Below, piece by piece: positions 1-13,200 of a stretch of 64,000 bases of DNA. Source of the stretch: Catajapyx aquilonaris (taxonomy: Eukaryota). The first letter of the stretch is position 1. Every line of letters begins with the position of its first letter. A model generated the notes under the pieces. It made no database searches. It was not told the origin of the DNA and saw only the letters and a program-made list of their open reading frames with translations. Where the stretch lies: NCBI GenBank assembly GCA_000934665.2, contig KZ538597.1, positions 1 to 64,000 on the forward strand, written 5' to 3'. A program made the translations under genes and the position numbers.

Positions 1-1083
1 CAAAAATGCAAACGAAAGAGCAATTGTAAACTCCCGGAAATATGCCAGAAAACCCTACAGTTCTCTTAAAGTAGTAAGAGAAATTTTCTTTATCCCGAAA
101 GCAGTGCCAGAGGGTCATCATGCCTTATTGACATACGAAACAGTTGAAATGTCTTTGTAAATGTTTAGGACCAACGTGGCCTGAAACCAAGTACTGTAGA
201 GTTTGAATCGCAGTCTGTGTAATAGTCAACGTTGGCTTTTTAAAGAAATGGAGCAGCTAGTTAGGTAACAATCCTTCGGAAAATTTCATGGTGATGCGAC
301 ACTAATGTGGTAACTATAACCATTCAGCTAATTAAGTCAGCAAAGGAGTCAGGCGCAGTTAAATCAAGGAGACCGAGCAAGTAAGAGGATTTCATAAAGA
401 AGATTAAAGAAAGGGTTTTGTAAGACTACTCCAAAGCTCATTCCAAGATGTTCAAGTCGAGTGTCATTACCAGTGCGCAAAGTACCCTGATCAAAAAGCG
501 AATCGTATTTTCATACTTCCTGCATGTTCACGTAATTACTTAGGAGTTCACAGCGCTTTTTTTTAAAACAAATTAGCTGCTGGTATTGATAAGAATATCA
601 CTTTTAAGATACAGGTTTTGTGCCTGAAAAATTGCAGATATATTCACACTGGCAACCAGTTGCTTCTTGTTGAACCTGTTTCTGGAGTGAACAATAGTTG
701 TGCATAACTAGGCATATTCTTCTCTTTAAAAAAAACCCCCTTTTTGTAGATTTGCGCAGGTCACTCCCCTGAAACAGGTAATTCAAGTCGCTGACCCAAG
801 TTACATGGTCCCAAGTTTCCCCCAAGGAGCGAACTAATTCGGACTAAAAGGACGTTGCTATCTGGGCCAAGTGTTGATGCGAGGAGCCTCCAGAGGCGGA
901 AGAACAGCAAACATTTTGGTCCGTTAGCAATGGCTAAGTGCTGCTAATGCCCCCTGGTGGCAGCCCCTTCTCCACAGAAAGGAAAAGTGCCAACTCGGAG
1001 CGTTGCTCTTAAGAGGTGTACGACGGAAAGGGAATAGGTTATCTAGAGAGAGAATATAAAAAAAAGAAAGAGCCCGCTCTTAC

Positions 1084-1257
1084 ATCTATGGCTCTGTCGA
1101 ATCTCTCTCCTGAGTCCCTTCCACAGCTTGGAGACTATCAGGCTGTAAGCAGCCGCCATTATGGAGAGAGGAACCAATAGGAGAAGCAGATCCAGCATCA
1201 GGTTGAATGCCCTCTCACCTCTGAGACTTGGCCAATCTTCCCTGCATTTGTGTCTCC
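1084..1257 (-). CDS. CCKLR: CCK/sulfakinin receptor coding exon 4 (ECL2 Cys, TM5, start of ICL3)
   Basis: Follows a 53-nt intron; GRHKCREDWPSLRGERAFNLMLDLLLLLVPLSIMAAAYSLIVSKLWKG...; probable donor T|GTAAGA at 1083. Confidence 0.85.
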
Positions 1258-4200
1258 CTGGAATAGAACAGATGAACGGAGTGGTTCGAGACAATTAAAC
1301 TGATAAGTACCTGTGTCCCTGATAGGTTGGAGTCTGCTGACGAAGCTGATTGGAAGGTTCCAGAGTAAGCTGGCGGCCCAGACAGCCGCTATCATCTTGT
1401 AAGCGTGAGATCGGGTCTGCCACTTCCTGGACTTGAGGGGACGGCATATGGCGAAGTAACGCTCCAAGGATATCGCCACCAGTGTCCACACGCCCACCGA
1501 CACAGACACAGCTGGTCACCAAGAAAGAGAAAGATATTAGCATCACAAAATGGCTAGGCCTAGCCCTAGGCCTAGCAGGCAGCCATTTTGTAATCTAGTT
1601 TATTGCGACCGATTATCTCTGAGCTGCAGGCTCTGCCGCTAGGGACGCTCCAGTCTACTCCAGAAATATGGCCAGTCGCTGCCAGTTCCTGGAAAATCCG
1701 TTTTACCGTCCCAAAAAATCGGATTAATCGATCCCCGAACAAAATTCGATAACATTCGGAAAGAACACCTGTTGCTATACCGATGTCCCTCTCGCAACAC
1801 GATATTTTTTTCGGCCAATATGACAAGGCGGCGAGCCAAAATTGATCGCGACACGTCGCCAGTGGACGCAATGGGCCAAAAATTTTGGCAGTTATGTCAA
1901 GTCCAGCCTTCTGTCCCTTATATAATTATTTAAATGTTGAAAGTTTTATTCCAAGATGATTTATCGAATCTAGCAGCTATAGACTGTTTGAAGTACTGCA
2001 GATGCTAGATATATTATTTTTCCGGAAGGATTAATCTTTTGTGCTGGGTCACTGTAGGACACTGTAGACCCGACCTGATTGGGCCGGAATAATTTTCCCA
2101 TTGGCATCATCCAGTGTTTTCTCTGCTTACTTCGGTGACCTTTCTTTTAAACAACAAGAAAAAGGATATGGGACTCAAGGCCCTCTCGACCCTGGCCTTT
2201 TTTTCAGCAAGCAGCAAAGTCTTGCGAAATCGAGTTGATCTTTTCCTCTTTTGCCAATTGCCCTCCCGAGTTCTGCACATCAGCTTCGGAAATTCGTACA
2301 TCCCTCCCGTTACGTGTACAAAGAGCGGCAAAGGCGCCCGGGCCAATAAAATTTTAGTGGCGCCCCTGGGACAGGCTGGTCCGCTTCATGACTAACCTTC
2401 GTGAAATATAAATAGACAAGAGCTGTCCGGGTACAGGATGGCTTTACTGGTCCAAAGAGGATTGCTTTACTACATACAAGGCGCTGGAATACCCTGCAGC
2501 AGACTAGGGATCCAAACTTGGAGAAACTTCGCTTATGCACTCAGAAGTCGAGCCAACACTGCACCCCCCACCCAACCCCCCCGTTTTTTGTACNTTTCAT
2601 GCATCAATCAGCGGCAGGGGGGCTTCATTACCCCTGCCCCCAAAGAGAGTATATCCCCCCAAAGTAATTGGGTATTCTTTCCCCGCACACACCTCGCCCC
2701 TTTCTGTCTCTCGAAAAAAAAACCTACCAGATTACACCGCAGAGGAGGAAAAAAAAGTTCTGCACAAAGGGTTAACTAGCTGTCTCTAGAGACATGTCAG
2801 AACTTTGAAAGAAAAATCCGCCGGATTGGTATCACTCTTGTCTCTCTTTTTTTGGGGGACCTGAGAAGAATTGGGCGGTTACCTCAGAATAAACATGTCA
2901 GGTTCGATTTAACCTCGGGATAATGGGCGCCTTGATGCTGTGTGAGGCATCGTGTTTACGTCCATTGAGAGGAAGGAAGACCCTAAGAAAAAGAGGCAAT
3001 CTGATCATTGCGAGGTCTAAGGGGACCAAATCGTTACAGACATTCGCTAACGAAAGGAAGATTCGATTTCGGTCCAAACATAGGCGTGAAAGACCGCCTG
3101 GAAACGTGAACTACACTGTGAGCTAGATCCCCAAAAATATTTGAACAACGAATTTCCCTTCATTAGATGCAAAGAATGGATCCCCACCTAAAATACATCG
3201 CAGCTTCCCGCAATGTGAATATTAACATATTTTGGATACAATTTAGGCCAATCCCACATAGCTCGCTGCCTCATTATGCTAACTGTCCAATAACTCATTA
3301 CCTTATTTCATACAAGGTAGCAACATTTGCATAGCTAAGAAGCGCATTATTGTTCACGTGTGTGGTGGCCCTCCCCCTCAGGGTTTCCCAACAGCCCGAG
3401 CCAGCAATGTAAGCCTGATTTATTGTTCCGAGGAAGATCGATCGTGCCTTAATAATTTATTTACCTCGGCCATTTTTTGGGGGGATGTGGAAACATTTGG
3501 CTAACACCATCCGCAAAATTATAGCCGGTCATTTATAAAGTGGACTCTGTCGGATTGTGGTCCCAAAGGTGACGAACTGGGTTGTGTGGAGGTTGACACA
3601 AACTTTTCAGTTGCTGATTGCTTCCGGTAACTTACCACTAGCTATATAGTCCCTGGATTGAAAACAAAAAGTTTGGTTCGCTGCCATTAACCATATCTGC
3701 CGGTTGAAACGACTTCGGACGTGCCCAAAAATTTCTGCACGCCAAAAAAATTGCACACTCCGGTGGCTAGAACTTCGTCGCGATAACTGAATTTACCAGG
3801 AAATTTATGCGTGAAATTTACATTACAATTGCATAAGGATTATTCTAGATTGGACGCCGGATTTAATTAAATTCAGACCTGTTTTATTTACACTGTATTT
3901 ATGGCCGATTGAATAAACAAAAGAGCTCTGATTACTCCTTGTTAATACAGCATAATATTAAAGAATTTACTTTAAAAAATCATACGATATTGTAGATTTT
4001 TGTTCTCGAGCTTTAAACATTTTTTAGGTCGACGTAAGCAAATTGGTTCGTCTCAGGCGTCGTTTGATTGGGCTTTCCTTCTCCGGGCGCCCGGATATTT
4101 TTTTGGGAGGATGGGGACTCGCTTATTTTTTTCTGCATTTTTTTTTCGCGATGCCTGCAGCCGCATTTCCGCATCCGTTCCGCAGGGCAAACACCGAAAA

Positions 4201-7200
4201 CCAATTATTACCTCAATCCCCCCGGACCTGTGCTGTGTGCAATTAGGAAAATACACGCAGCATGTCCGACACGCACCCAACCCAAAATTTACTTATACGT
4301 GCGGCCGCGGTCAGCACTTACGTCAAGAGGGAAAAGGTTTCGCAACAGACAAAAAAAAATTGCATATAAGCTTATGAACAAACCGAGTAAGATATTTTCC
4401 TGCTGGTTTTTCAATTAAGTGCGATATTACAAGGCGGTGTATTTCAATTAGTTTTCCAAATGGGACTACCGCGATGTTTTATATTTTTTATTGCAATATC
4501 AAGCATATGGACTACTTTGTTGCTAATAGTGTTGGACAGCTGGGGACATTTTTGCTACAAATATAAAATCCTAGAGGGCTGTTTCGGGTAGTCATTTTCA
4601 AACTGGCGAATATTTTTTTTAAAAAAACATCAGCTGAGGCTACTATTCACATTTGCACTATACAGGGTGGTCCAAGTTCAAGTGTCGTTTTATAACGGCG
4701 ATTAATAGAAGCGCTTAACGATGACGTAGCAGCGACGTGTAAAATTGCCCACTTCGATTGCGCCGAAGATGCGCCAAAGTTGGACATTTTACGCGTCGCT
4801 GCTACGTCATCGCAAAATCACTGCTATTAATCGCCGTTATAAAACGACACTTGAACTTGGACCACCCTGTATGTAAAGTACTGAGCACATCTGGCACACA
4901 CACAACAAGGCTTATTATAAACCATAGTAATTCATACCTTGAAAATAGGGGATGAGCCTGCACATGGCTGCTCCAAAGATGAAATTCCGCAGTATTTGGC
5001 CAACCAGAGTAAAAGGCATGCAGAGCACGCCCAGGAGCAGATCAGAGATGGCCTGCCGAACAGAGAGAGAGAAAAAATAAATAAAGAGTAACAGCCTCGG
5101 TAGCAGCAAAAAGAACTGTCAAGAGCACTTATTCCGGCTGAGAAAACACAACAGATTAAAATCCGGCCGGCTCCGGACATAATACCAGGCCAGAAAATGG
5201 CCCAGAAAAAAAAGTCCCAGCATGCTGCGGAAATATCCACGATAGAATTTAAAGAGTGCTGCTAATGGCTTCCATACACGTTATGCTGGGTCGAGATAGA
5301 GAGAGAGAAAAAAAAATCAAATAAAGTGCGGACATTTTCTTTCTGGACACAACTGCAGCGTCGATTTTTTTTTTTGGGGGGGGGGTGGAGTTCCGGGGGT
5401 GGACTATTTTTCCGGACCATTTCCGCTCCCCGGAAACTTGATTCGATTCGACTTTCACGGAAGACGGACCTCATCCCGAGGACCCCACCCACGAAAAAAA
5501 AAAAAAAAATTGTGATGCGGACAACGAAAAAAAAATGAAAAGACAAGACCGTGATATCTGTAAGAAAAAGCTAGGCCCCATTTTGAACCATGAAAACACA
5601 AAAGCAATGCGAAAAATAAATTGCATTTTCCTTCTGGAAATAACCTAAGCAGAGACAAACGTTTAATTTCTTTTCTTTAATTAGTTATGTATATGCACCA
5701 GACTTAATTCTGGTAATGTAAACAGTCTGTCTCCAAGCCTTCGTTTGTACTCTTCTGGAGCGTAAACACCACTCGGAACAAACAAAGTTGTGCACAAACT
5801 CTGTTCATTTTTTTCTGGTATTCCAACCATGAATATTTGCTGTTCGTACAACCGGCAGGGTACAGGGTGAGTCGCAAACAGGCAGCAGATTTCAGCGAGT
5901 ATTTTTTGCGAGTCTTGTATATTTATCGCGGAATAATAAAAAGCGAGGTTGAGAATAAGGCCGCATGAAACAGAAAAGGGTCGTTTCCTTAGACCTTAAG
6001 AGAATTTATTCTCCTGAAAATGGACTCTTAAAAAGAGGGGCAGTAATTCCTATTTACGAGCTTCCCCATACTTCATCCCCCAAAGGCGGGGTTTTAAACG
6101 GGATCTTGGGAAATAGTAACAGTATGCTACTTTTTCCAGCCATTTATTTTCAATTATTCGAGCGTGTCTGCAGCAATAAGATCCCAAATTGAGACCCTGA
6201 TCAATCTGGGCCGACATCTGTACAATTAAATCTACTTACGTAATCAAATAGTAGTTATTCAATCGCTAATTGTTGGTTCTAAAGAGGCGACCTTTTTAGT
6301 TCGGTTCATTGGTTGTAAGGCAGTGCAATATTTGTGTTATAATACTTTCAAGGGTTCTTCAATTCCAAGGGTATAATATTTGAGTGATGTATGAGTCGCT
6401 TAATTAATAATTAAATTATCTTACTCTCCTCCACTTCATGTCAAGTACAAAAAGCTATTTTAAACCGAACATGTACGAATCGCAATGCATAATAAATAGA
6501 AGCTAAACATAAATTTGCCCCCACTGGGATTTTTCTCTGTCTCCGAAGAAGCCGCCCGATTATTTTGGGACATCAGATTAAGTCTGGAAGCGAGGAAAAA
6601 CCCCACTTGTTTTATTGATCAGCCGCAGTTTTATTTTAGTCCCTTGCTTTATTAGGAAGCGCATTATTTAAACGAGTTTGGCTTAACATGTGTCTCTTTC
6701 CCCCACTGGATTCACCCGCACTGAATATTACTTGAATTACACCCACCCATCCTTCACTTTTGCGGACAGATAAATAAGGGTCTCCCGAGAGCCAGTCAGT
6801 CGCACAGCAACACTAATCAGGTTTAACTTGATAATCTCGGACAGGTGACTTTACACTCAGACTCACCCTGGCTTGTAGGCAGCAACACCCCCCGAAAAAC
6901 ACACACAGAATAATCATCGGGGAATTTTGAACAGGACCCCCGATCCACCTCCCTTTGTATAAATCCAAAGGGATTAAATCTACCTGTTCCGGGCTTAAAT
7001 CCGGGTTTTGAACGCTGCCAACTGCTTTAAACCAGCCGTTCACATCCCCGTTAAATCCGCTTAAGCCTTAAACTCTGTGTACACAGAAATTGGAAGCCGA
7101 TTCGTCCTCGGTTACGGCTGTTTTGGTAACGCACGACCCTTGGATAATCCACACCTCACAATGGAGTCTATCGAGTCACTATTCCCCGTTCAAATAGTCA

Positions 7201-10200
7201 GCACCAAAACTATGATCAAACAGCTACAAAAATGAGCAAATGCTAACAAGGAATAATACCCATTCACTCCAACACCAAACGTTGACAAACAAACAAGCAA
7301 ACTTTGCATTTTATAATAATTATAGTAACGGATTCGTTGGCAAATTTTGGCAACACTGCTTGCCCCCACTTGGACGTAGTACGATACACTCCTACCAGTT
7401 GGCGCATAGGCTCTTCCTCTGCACACTACTGCCACTCTCAGGGTTAAAGTAGCACTACATGCTCGTTGGTGATGAGGTGTCTCGCCTCCATTGAAGTGGG
7501 TCCCACCCTCTCTGTCCGCTACACTCTAAGAAATGTCCGGGTTAAATGTATTTATCCCGGAAAAAAGATCACTTTTGTCATGGTTATTTAACCCGGACAT
7601 TTGTTGGAGTGTATACACTCTAAGAAATGTCCGGGTTAAACAACCATGACTAAGAAATGTCCGGGTTAAATAACCATGACTAAGAAATGTCCGGGTTAAA
7701 TAACCATGACTAAGAAATGTCCGGGTTAAATAACCATGACTAAGAAATGTCCGGGTTAAATAACCATGACAAGTGATCTTTTTTCCGGGATAAATACATT
7801 TAACCCGGACATTTCTCAGAGTGTATAAGTCCTCTAACTATAGAGGGATGAGTCAACGATAGGCGATGAGTCAACACGGACATATAAGCAGACGAAGAGA
7901 ATAGGGGGGTTAGTATAGTATGATAGAGGCAATGAGCAACAGGTATGCATATTGCGTCGCAGTGTCAGTCACTCTGGTATAATTATTAGCCTATGGGGTG
8001 TAACATGAGCTAGCCGATTATCGCTCAAACACAGTGTGGTTTCTGTGCATGTGTGGCACGCACTGTGCGTGTGAAAAGCCTCTATGGTCAACCCAGGTTG
8101 CGGTAGGTGCGTGAAAGGGGTCGAAAACTACCAGCAAAAACACTGTTTTTTGTGTGTGGCCTAGTGGGAATGAAATCCGCATCGCAAGTACCAGCATCTG
8201 GTTGGACCATTTTGTAAATGCTAAACTCACCATGCCCAACCTCACCCACCCAAAAAAAATATTCGGCAATGATGGTCATAACTCTGGTTTTTGCGGGGCC
8301 CGCTACTCTAATCAGGCTTATACTTTTTTGCAGCAATGGTTATACACATTGTGTGCTTTTATGACGTCGTCAGCGGTTAGTCCGTCCCGTCACGTCGACA
8401 AAACATCACTGCCGCAATGACAAAAGCAACACGTGCTAAATTTCCGACCATCGCAATAATACTCAGAGAGCGACGCCCTCAATGCGCAATTGCAATTAGG
8501 AAAGTGCGCCATTTATGTTGTACTACGTGTAGACAGTCGGAGGTCCGGGCAGTGTTGCCACGTTTGATATTTAGCTTCAAACACGACGCAACAGAATAAT
8601 TGGATTCGGCCAATTTATCACGAAGAATAAACTAATGACAACTTGAAGGCCACTGCTCAATCACGCGGCTCACATTTCATCAATCACATTCTCTTACACT
8701 GCCGGCTAATTAGCCTTCAACAAACTTTTCTGTGGCAGTATACACTTTGCCAATAATTAGCTCAGCCCTGATTATATAAAACAAGAGCTTTTTTTGTTCT
8801 CTGTTGCGACCGCAGGACATTTATAGACGTGACCCATTTGGAGGGCAGCAAAACTACTGTTCAATATTTTTTGGGGGCTCTTTCGTGATGTGTTTACTGC
8901 ACAAAAAGAGCTGACGTCGGGTCCATGCAGTGTCGACAAATCCGATACATAGTTGACACTAAACAAGCTGCTCACGTCCCTTGAACACTCTCAGACAATG
9001 TTTACGACCCTATAGGAACAGCACAGCACGTCGATCAATCCTAGCTAGTTCAGATATCGAGTATGGTCAAAATGGGCCAACCTAAATAAACACCTCATTG
9101 CAAACACCAGGTTTTAAAAACAATCGAGGCTCAAATTTGCGGAATATTTTTGATAACATTGCAAAGGACCTCGTATAATATTAACACAAAAATTATTTAT
9201 GAACTGATCCCTAAGGTTAAATCCCAAAAGTGTAAGCCCAAGGTATTAAAAAACGCAGTGGAGTTAGTTATCCTGGACATTCAGGCCTCCATGCGAGCAG
9301 AGGAGGCTGAAGGGTGGCTATCAACATCCAGGATAAATTTTCTTTTTTTTGCCAAAAGCGCAATTTAGCACGCGAAAATGCAGCGGCGAAATGCTAATTT
9401 ACTCGGTACCAACACCCGCATGGCAGACTGTCCAAATCACTGTCCCATACCAAGCGGAATGAAAAAAAAAAATTACTTGCAAACACACACATGGAGCGGG
9501 ACTGGCTGAAAATTGAAATCAGCATTACGAGTACTGCACCAAACGTTAAGTGTGTAAAGAGCCTAAATTTTGCGCATCCAAAATTGGGCACTGTCAAAAG
9601 TTATGCGCGCAGTAAATTTGCACGAGCCCCACGTTGACAAAATGAAAATCAGGCAGTCCTCTTGACTTCATTTAGCTCTAGATGAGGAAGTGTTTGGAGA
9701 CACAAGTGCAGCATAATTCTCGCTAAAAATATTATCGACCCCAATAGCTCCACTTTGCAGATTTGTCGAAGCGTTAATAAACATTTTTGGATTTTTTTTT
9801 TTAAGGGAAGTGAATCGCGGCATAAGCGTTTCATTAGCAAGGGAGGAAAAAACTGGTTCGAATTTAATTAGCAAGGGTTTGTCGATGATTGCAAACACCA
9901 ATTTTGGAGACACAACACACTGATTTTGTGCGCAGCATCCCTCCCAGGAGCTCATTTGGTATTCCTCTTAAGTGACAGAGAGGTTCCGGAAATAAAAAGC
10001 GTGTTGATTGACACTCCAGCTCTGGGACTATTCCCGGCTCAAGATTAAAGCGGACATAAATCGGGTTTTAGGACTCCATTAAAAAAAAAAAGAGTAACGA
10101 ATGAAATTTTCCCTCGCCAAGTTCTTTTTACTCGATAGCTTGAGACCCCCGGATACTTTTCAATCAGTTCTGCAAATCTCGCACTCGTGTAAATTGGCCT

Positions 10201-13200
10201 ATAGCTTAATGACCTCACACTCTGCGACAAGCTCATAAAAGTAAACGTCGCTAATTTTCTGCAACTGTAATGAGTGGTTAGGTGTTTCAGCTGTCAATAA
10301 ATAGCGACGAACAGTTCATTAAGCAAAATAATGCATATGCTAAACCTTTGCATTTTTAAACGCATGTAAAATCCTCACACCTGCCACTCATTGTTGGGTA
10401 ATTAAACAGGTTCCAACACTTTGCACGTGTCGGTCTAAAATTCATTCAAGCTCCTCATGATAATTTCACAGAATTTGACTATAAAGCAACAGTACATGAA
10501 GCGGCTGTAAAATATAATAGAGAGCACCTACACTCAACTCAATAGGCGTTACATGCCACAGTAAATTAACTCTCAACATTTTACACGCTATTTACAACCG
10601 CGTTACACCATGCTACATGCCTGGAATTATTTGAAAGTGTGCTAAGTACTGCTTAAAAAAATTATGGTCCTAAATGTTCCTCCATCTCAACGAGATATGT
10701 TAATTCATTCGCGTTCGTCACGCATCCGCCAGCCTGTGCAAAATAGGCCAATAAAGATGGCCTATATATCCAACCTGCTGTGTAATAATTCTTTCCCCCC
10801 CCCCTGCCCTTCCCGTGTAGCAGCAGAAGAAGCATCCCAGCGTAAAATTACAGGACCCTGATCACGTCTGTACATTCAGATGAAAAGAGAGCGACACGCC
10901 CATCCAACCCATCTCTGCCATACATATACTCATCCCTTCAACAAAATATGGCTTCACAGAACTTCGTGACAGTAAAAATGAAAATGGGGAAAAATTTCTC
11001 ATAAAAATGTCAGGGCTCGGGGATCCCCATGCGTATTGTGTTGCCTTCTATAAGACTTGAACGGCTGAATGTCAAAGAGCCACAGCTCGCATTTTCACCA
11101 TTCGTCGACACCTACACTGGGTGAGCCACAAAGTCCGGAGGAAACATGCATAACAACATTATTCGAAAACTGTATAACAATAAGTACATGCCTGAAAAAA
11201 TGTTTCAATTGGATGATTTACAAACGCAAATTTTAATGACTTATCAAGTAGTGTCATTTTTCTGCCATTTTACGATAATTTTTGTCGTCATATAATATTT
11301 ATTGCTACATGACGTTTGAAAACATGGCAGTCAATTATTTTACGCCCATCGGTAATTGAACTGGTTTCAACTTCAGATCGTACAAACAGCAGCAAACATT
11401 TGGCCAAAATATTATACCGTTAATGCCACTTTCAGCTGCATGGGAGCTTTATTTTCAACAAAACACTCAAAACACTGAAAGCACTGCACGAGAATTGTTT
11501 GTTTCCGTGCTCCATTTTGTCAAACCTCAAATTTGCCACTTTCTGCCATATACAGTACACACAATTGACCATAAAATAACGAGATTCTCTTTTGAAACAG
11601 TCCCGAAATTACTACATTAAATTATATAATACATAACAAATTACTAATAATTTATTATGGTATACCCACAACACTAATAATAGTAAATGAGAAAAACATA
11701 AACATAAACGATTTCGACATTTTCTATAAAAGATACAGTATAGTTATTGTCAGCGATGTAGATGACACAATAGTGCGAAATAAATATTATTGAAGCCACC
11801 TGTTCCCAATCGATGAACTTGTTTTCCTCGGCATCTTATTTTTTTCATTTTCTTTTCCTTTTCTGTAGCATCTAGATGCGTTGAGTCACCCTGTAAGTTG
11901 GCGAGTGCTACAACCGTAAATAATAGCGAGGATACAAAAGTGCGAATTTGCGGGGGGGCTTCTTCTCCATTCGTCCCACCTGGCGCATCCGGCGAGCATT
12001 AATTTCTCCCGCCGCCTTGGAAATGAGCTAATTTCATCTGGAGAGGCCTCCGTCGACAATAGTCAATTTGATGCACCGGTGAACCGCACCTGGACTTATC
12101 GATGTATACCTCATCGGAGCTCATTTTCTGCCTAAACGACGTCTCCTCTTTTCAACCCACCTACAAACCGTCGTCGACGTCGTCGTCGCCAAAAAAAACG
12201 GCGCCCCCGACGCTATAACGATGTCATTTCCCCAGGCTTTTGCCTTTTCTGGAAGACGTCGGCGGATAATGGCCCGGAATTGATGGCGTGTCTGCCGCAG
12301 GCTAAATGTCACCAGTAATTATTTTTTCCCCCTGCAAAGGTAGTAAATAGCAGACCGATTTTTTTACGATCTGCTTCCACTTAACTAGAATTGGCACAAA
12401 AGAGTGTCCCGCAAAATTACGACACGAATGTTCTCACCACAGATCGTTTGAAGCCCCTTTTGCCGATAGGACACGAGCCAGACTTTAAAATCCTATATAC
12501 TAATCCCCTTATTCTCTCCTTCTGCTTGTATGTCCGTGTTGGCTCATCGCCTAGGTAGGAGTTGCAATTTCACTTTCCTCATTAAACAATTAGACAGCAT
12601 AGTTATAGCGGGACATATAGCGGTCAGAGAGGGTGGGACCCACTTCAATGGAGGTTACCCAGGTGAGCTTTGTCCGAGCTGTGACTCATCACCAACGTGC
12701 ATTACTTTTCCCTGAGGGGGGCAGGAGTGTGCAGAGCGGCAGTCTATGCGCCAACTGGTAGGGGCGTATCGTACTACGTCCAAGTGGGGGGAAGCTCTGT
12801 TGCCAAAATTTAGCAGCGAGTCCGCTACTAGTAAGACTTATTAATAAAAGTCTATATTAAAGTTCAGAGAATTCTTGGGAAACAATGGGTTTTTCTTCTT
12901 CTTCTGAATTATTGCTCTTATACTTAGGAAAAAGGTAAATTATTCATTGCCCTGTTGGCAGCTTGCTTCTATTTACAACTACTATTCTGGCCGCGTTGTG
13001 TGTTGATGAATCAGTTTGCAGCCATGGTGACATCCCTGACTGTCCCAATTGAATCTCTTATTCACAGCTTTGTACAGCCTCATTACCAACACTGGACACA
13101 ATCAGAGACGTATTATTACAGGCCTTGTTTAGTATTCAGCATAACCATGGGCTGACGGGGGGGGCCTTGTAATTTACAAGCAAGATGCTCCCAGCACTCG

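Noticed and set aside
860..1042. Possible next receptor exon after the TAG acceptor at 1043
   Set aside because: It would need a 41-nt intron, all frames stop within ~120 nt, and no TM6/TM7 sequence is present.
7621..7770. CRISPR-like regular 30-bp repeats
   Set aside because: Head-to-tail repeats without unique spacers, in a eukaryotic context with no cas genes.
11116..11894. Possible mariner-type element between TACACTGGGTGAGCC and GAGTCACCCTGTA
   Set aside because: Termini match too weakly to call.
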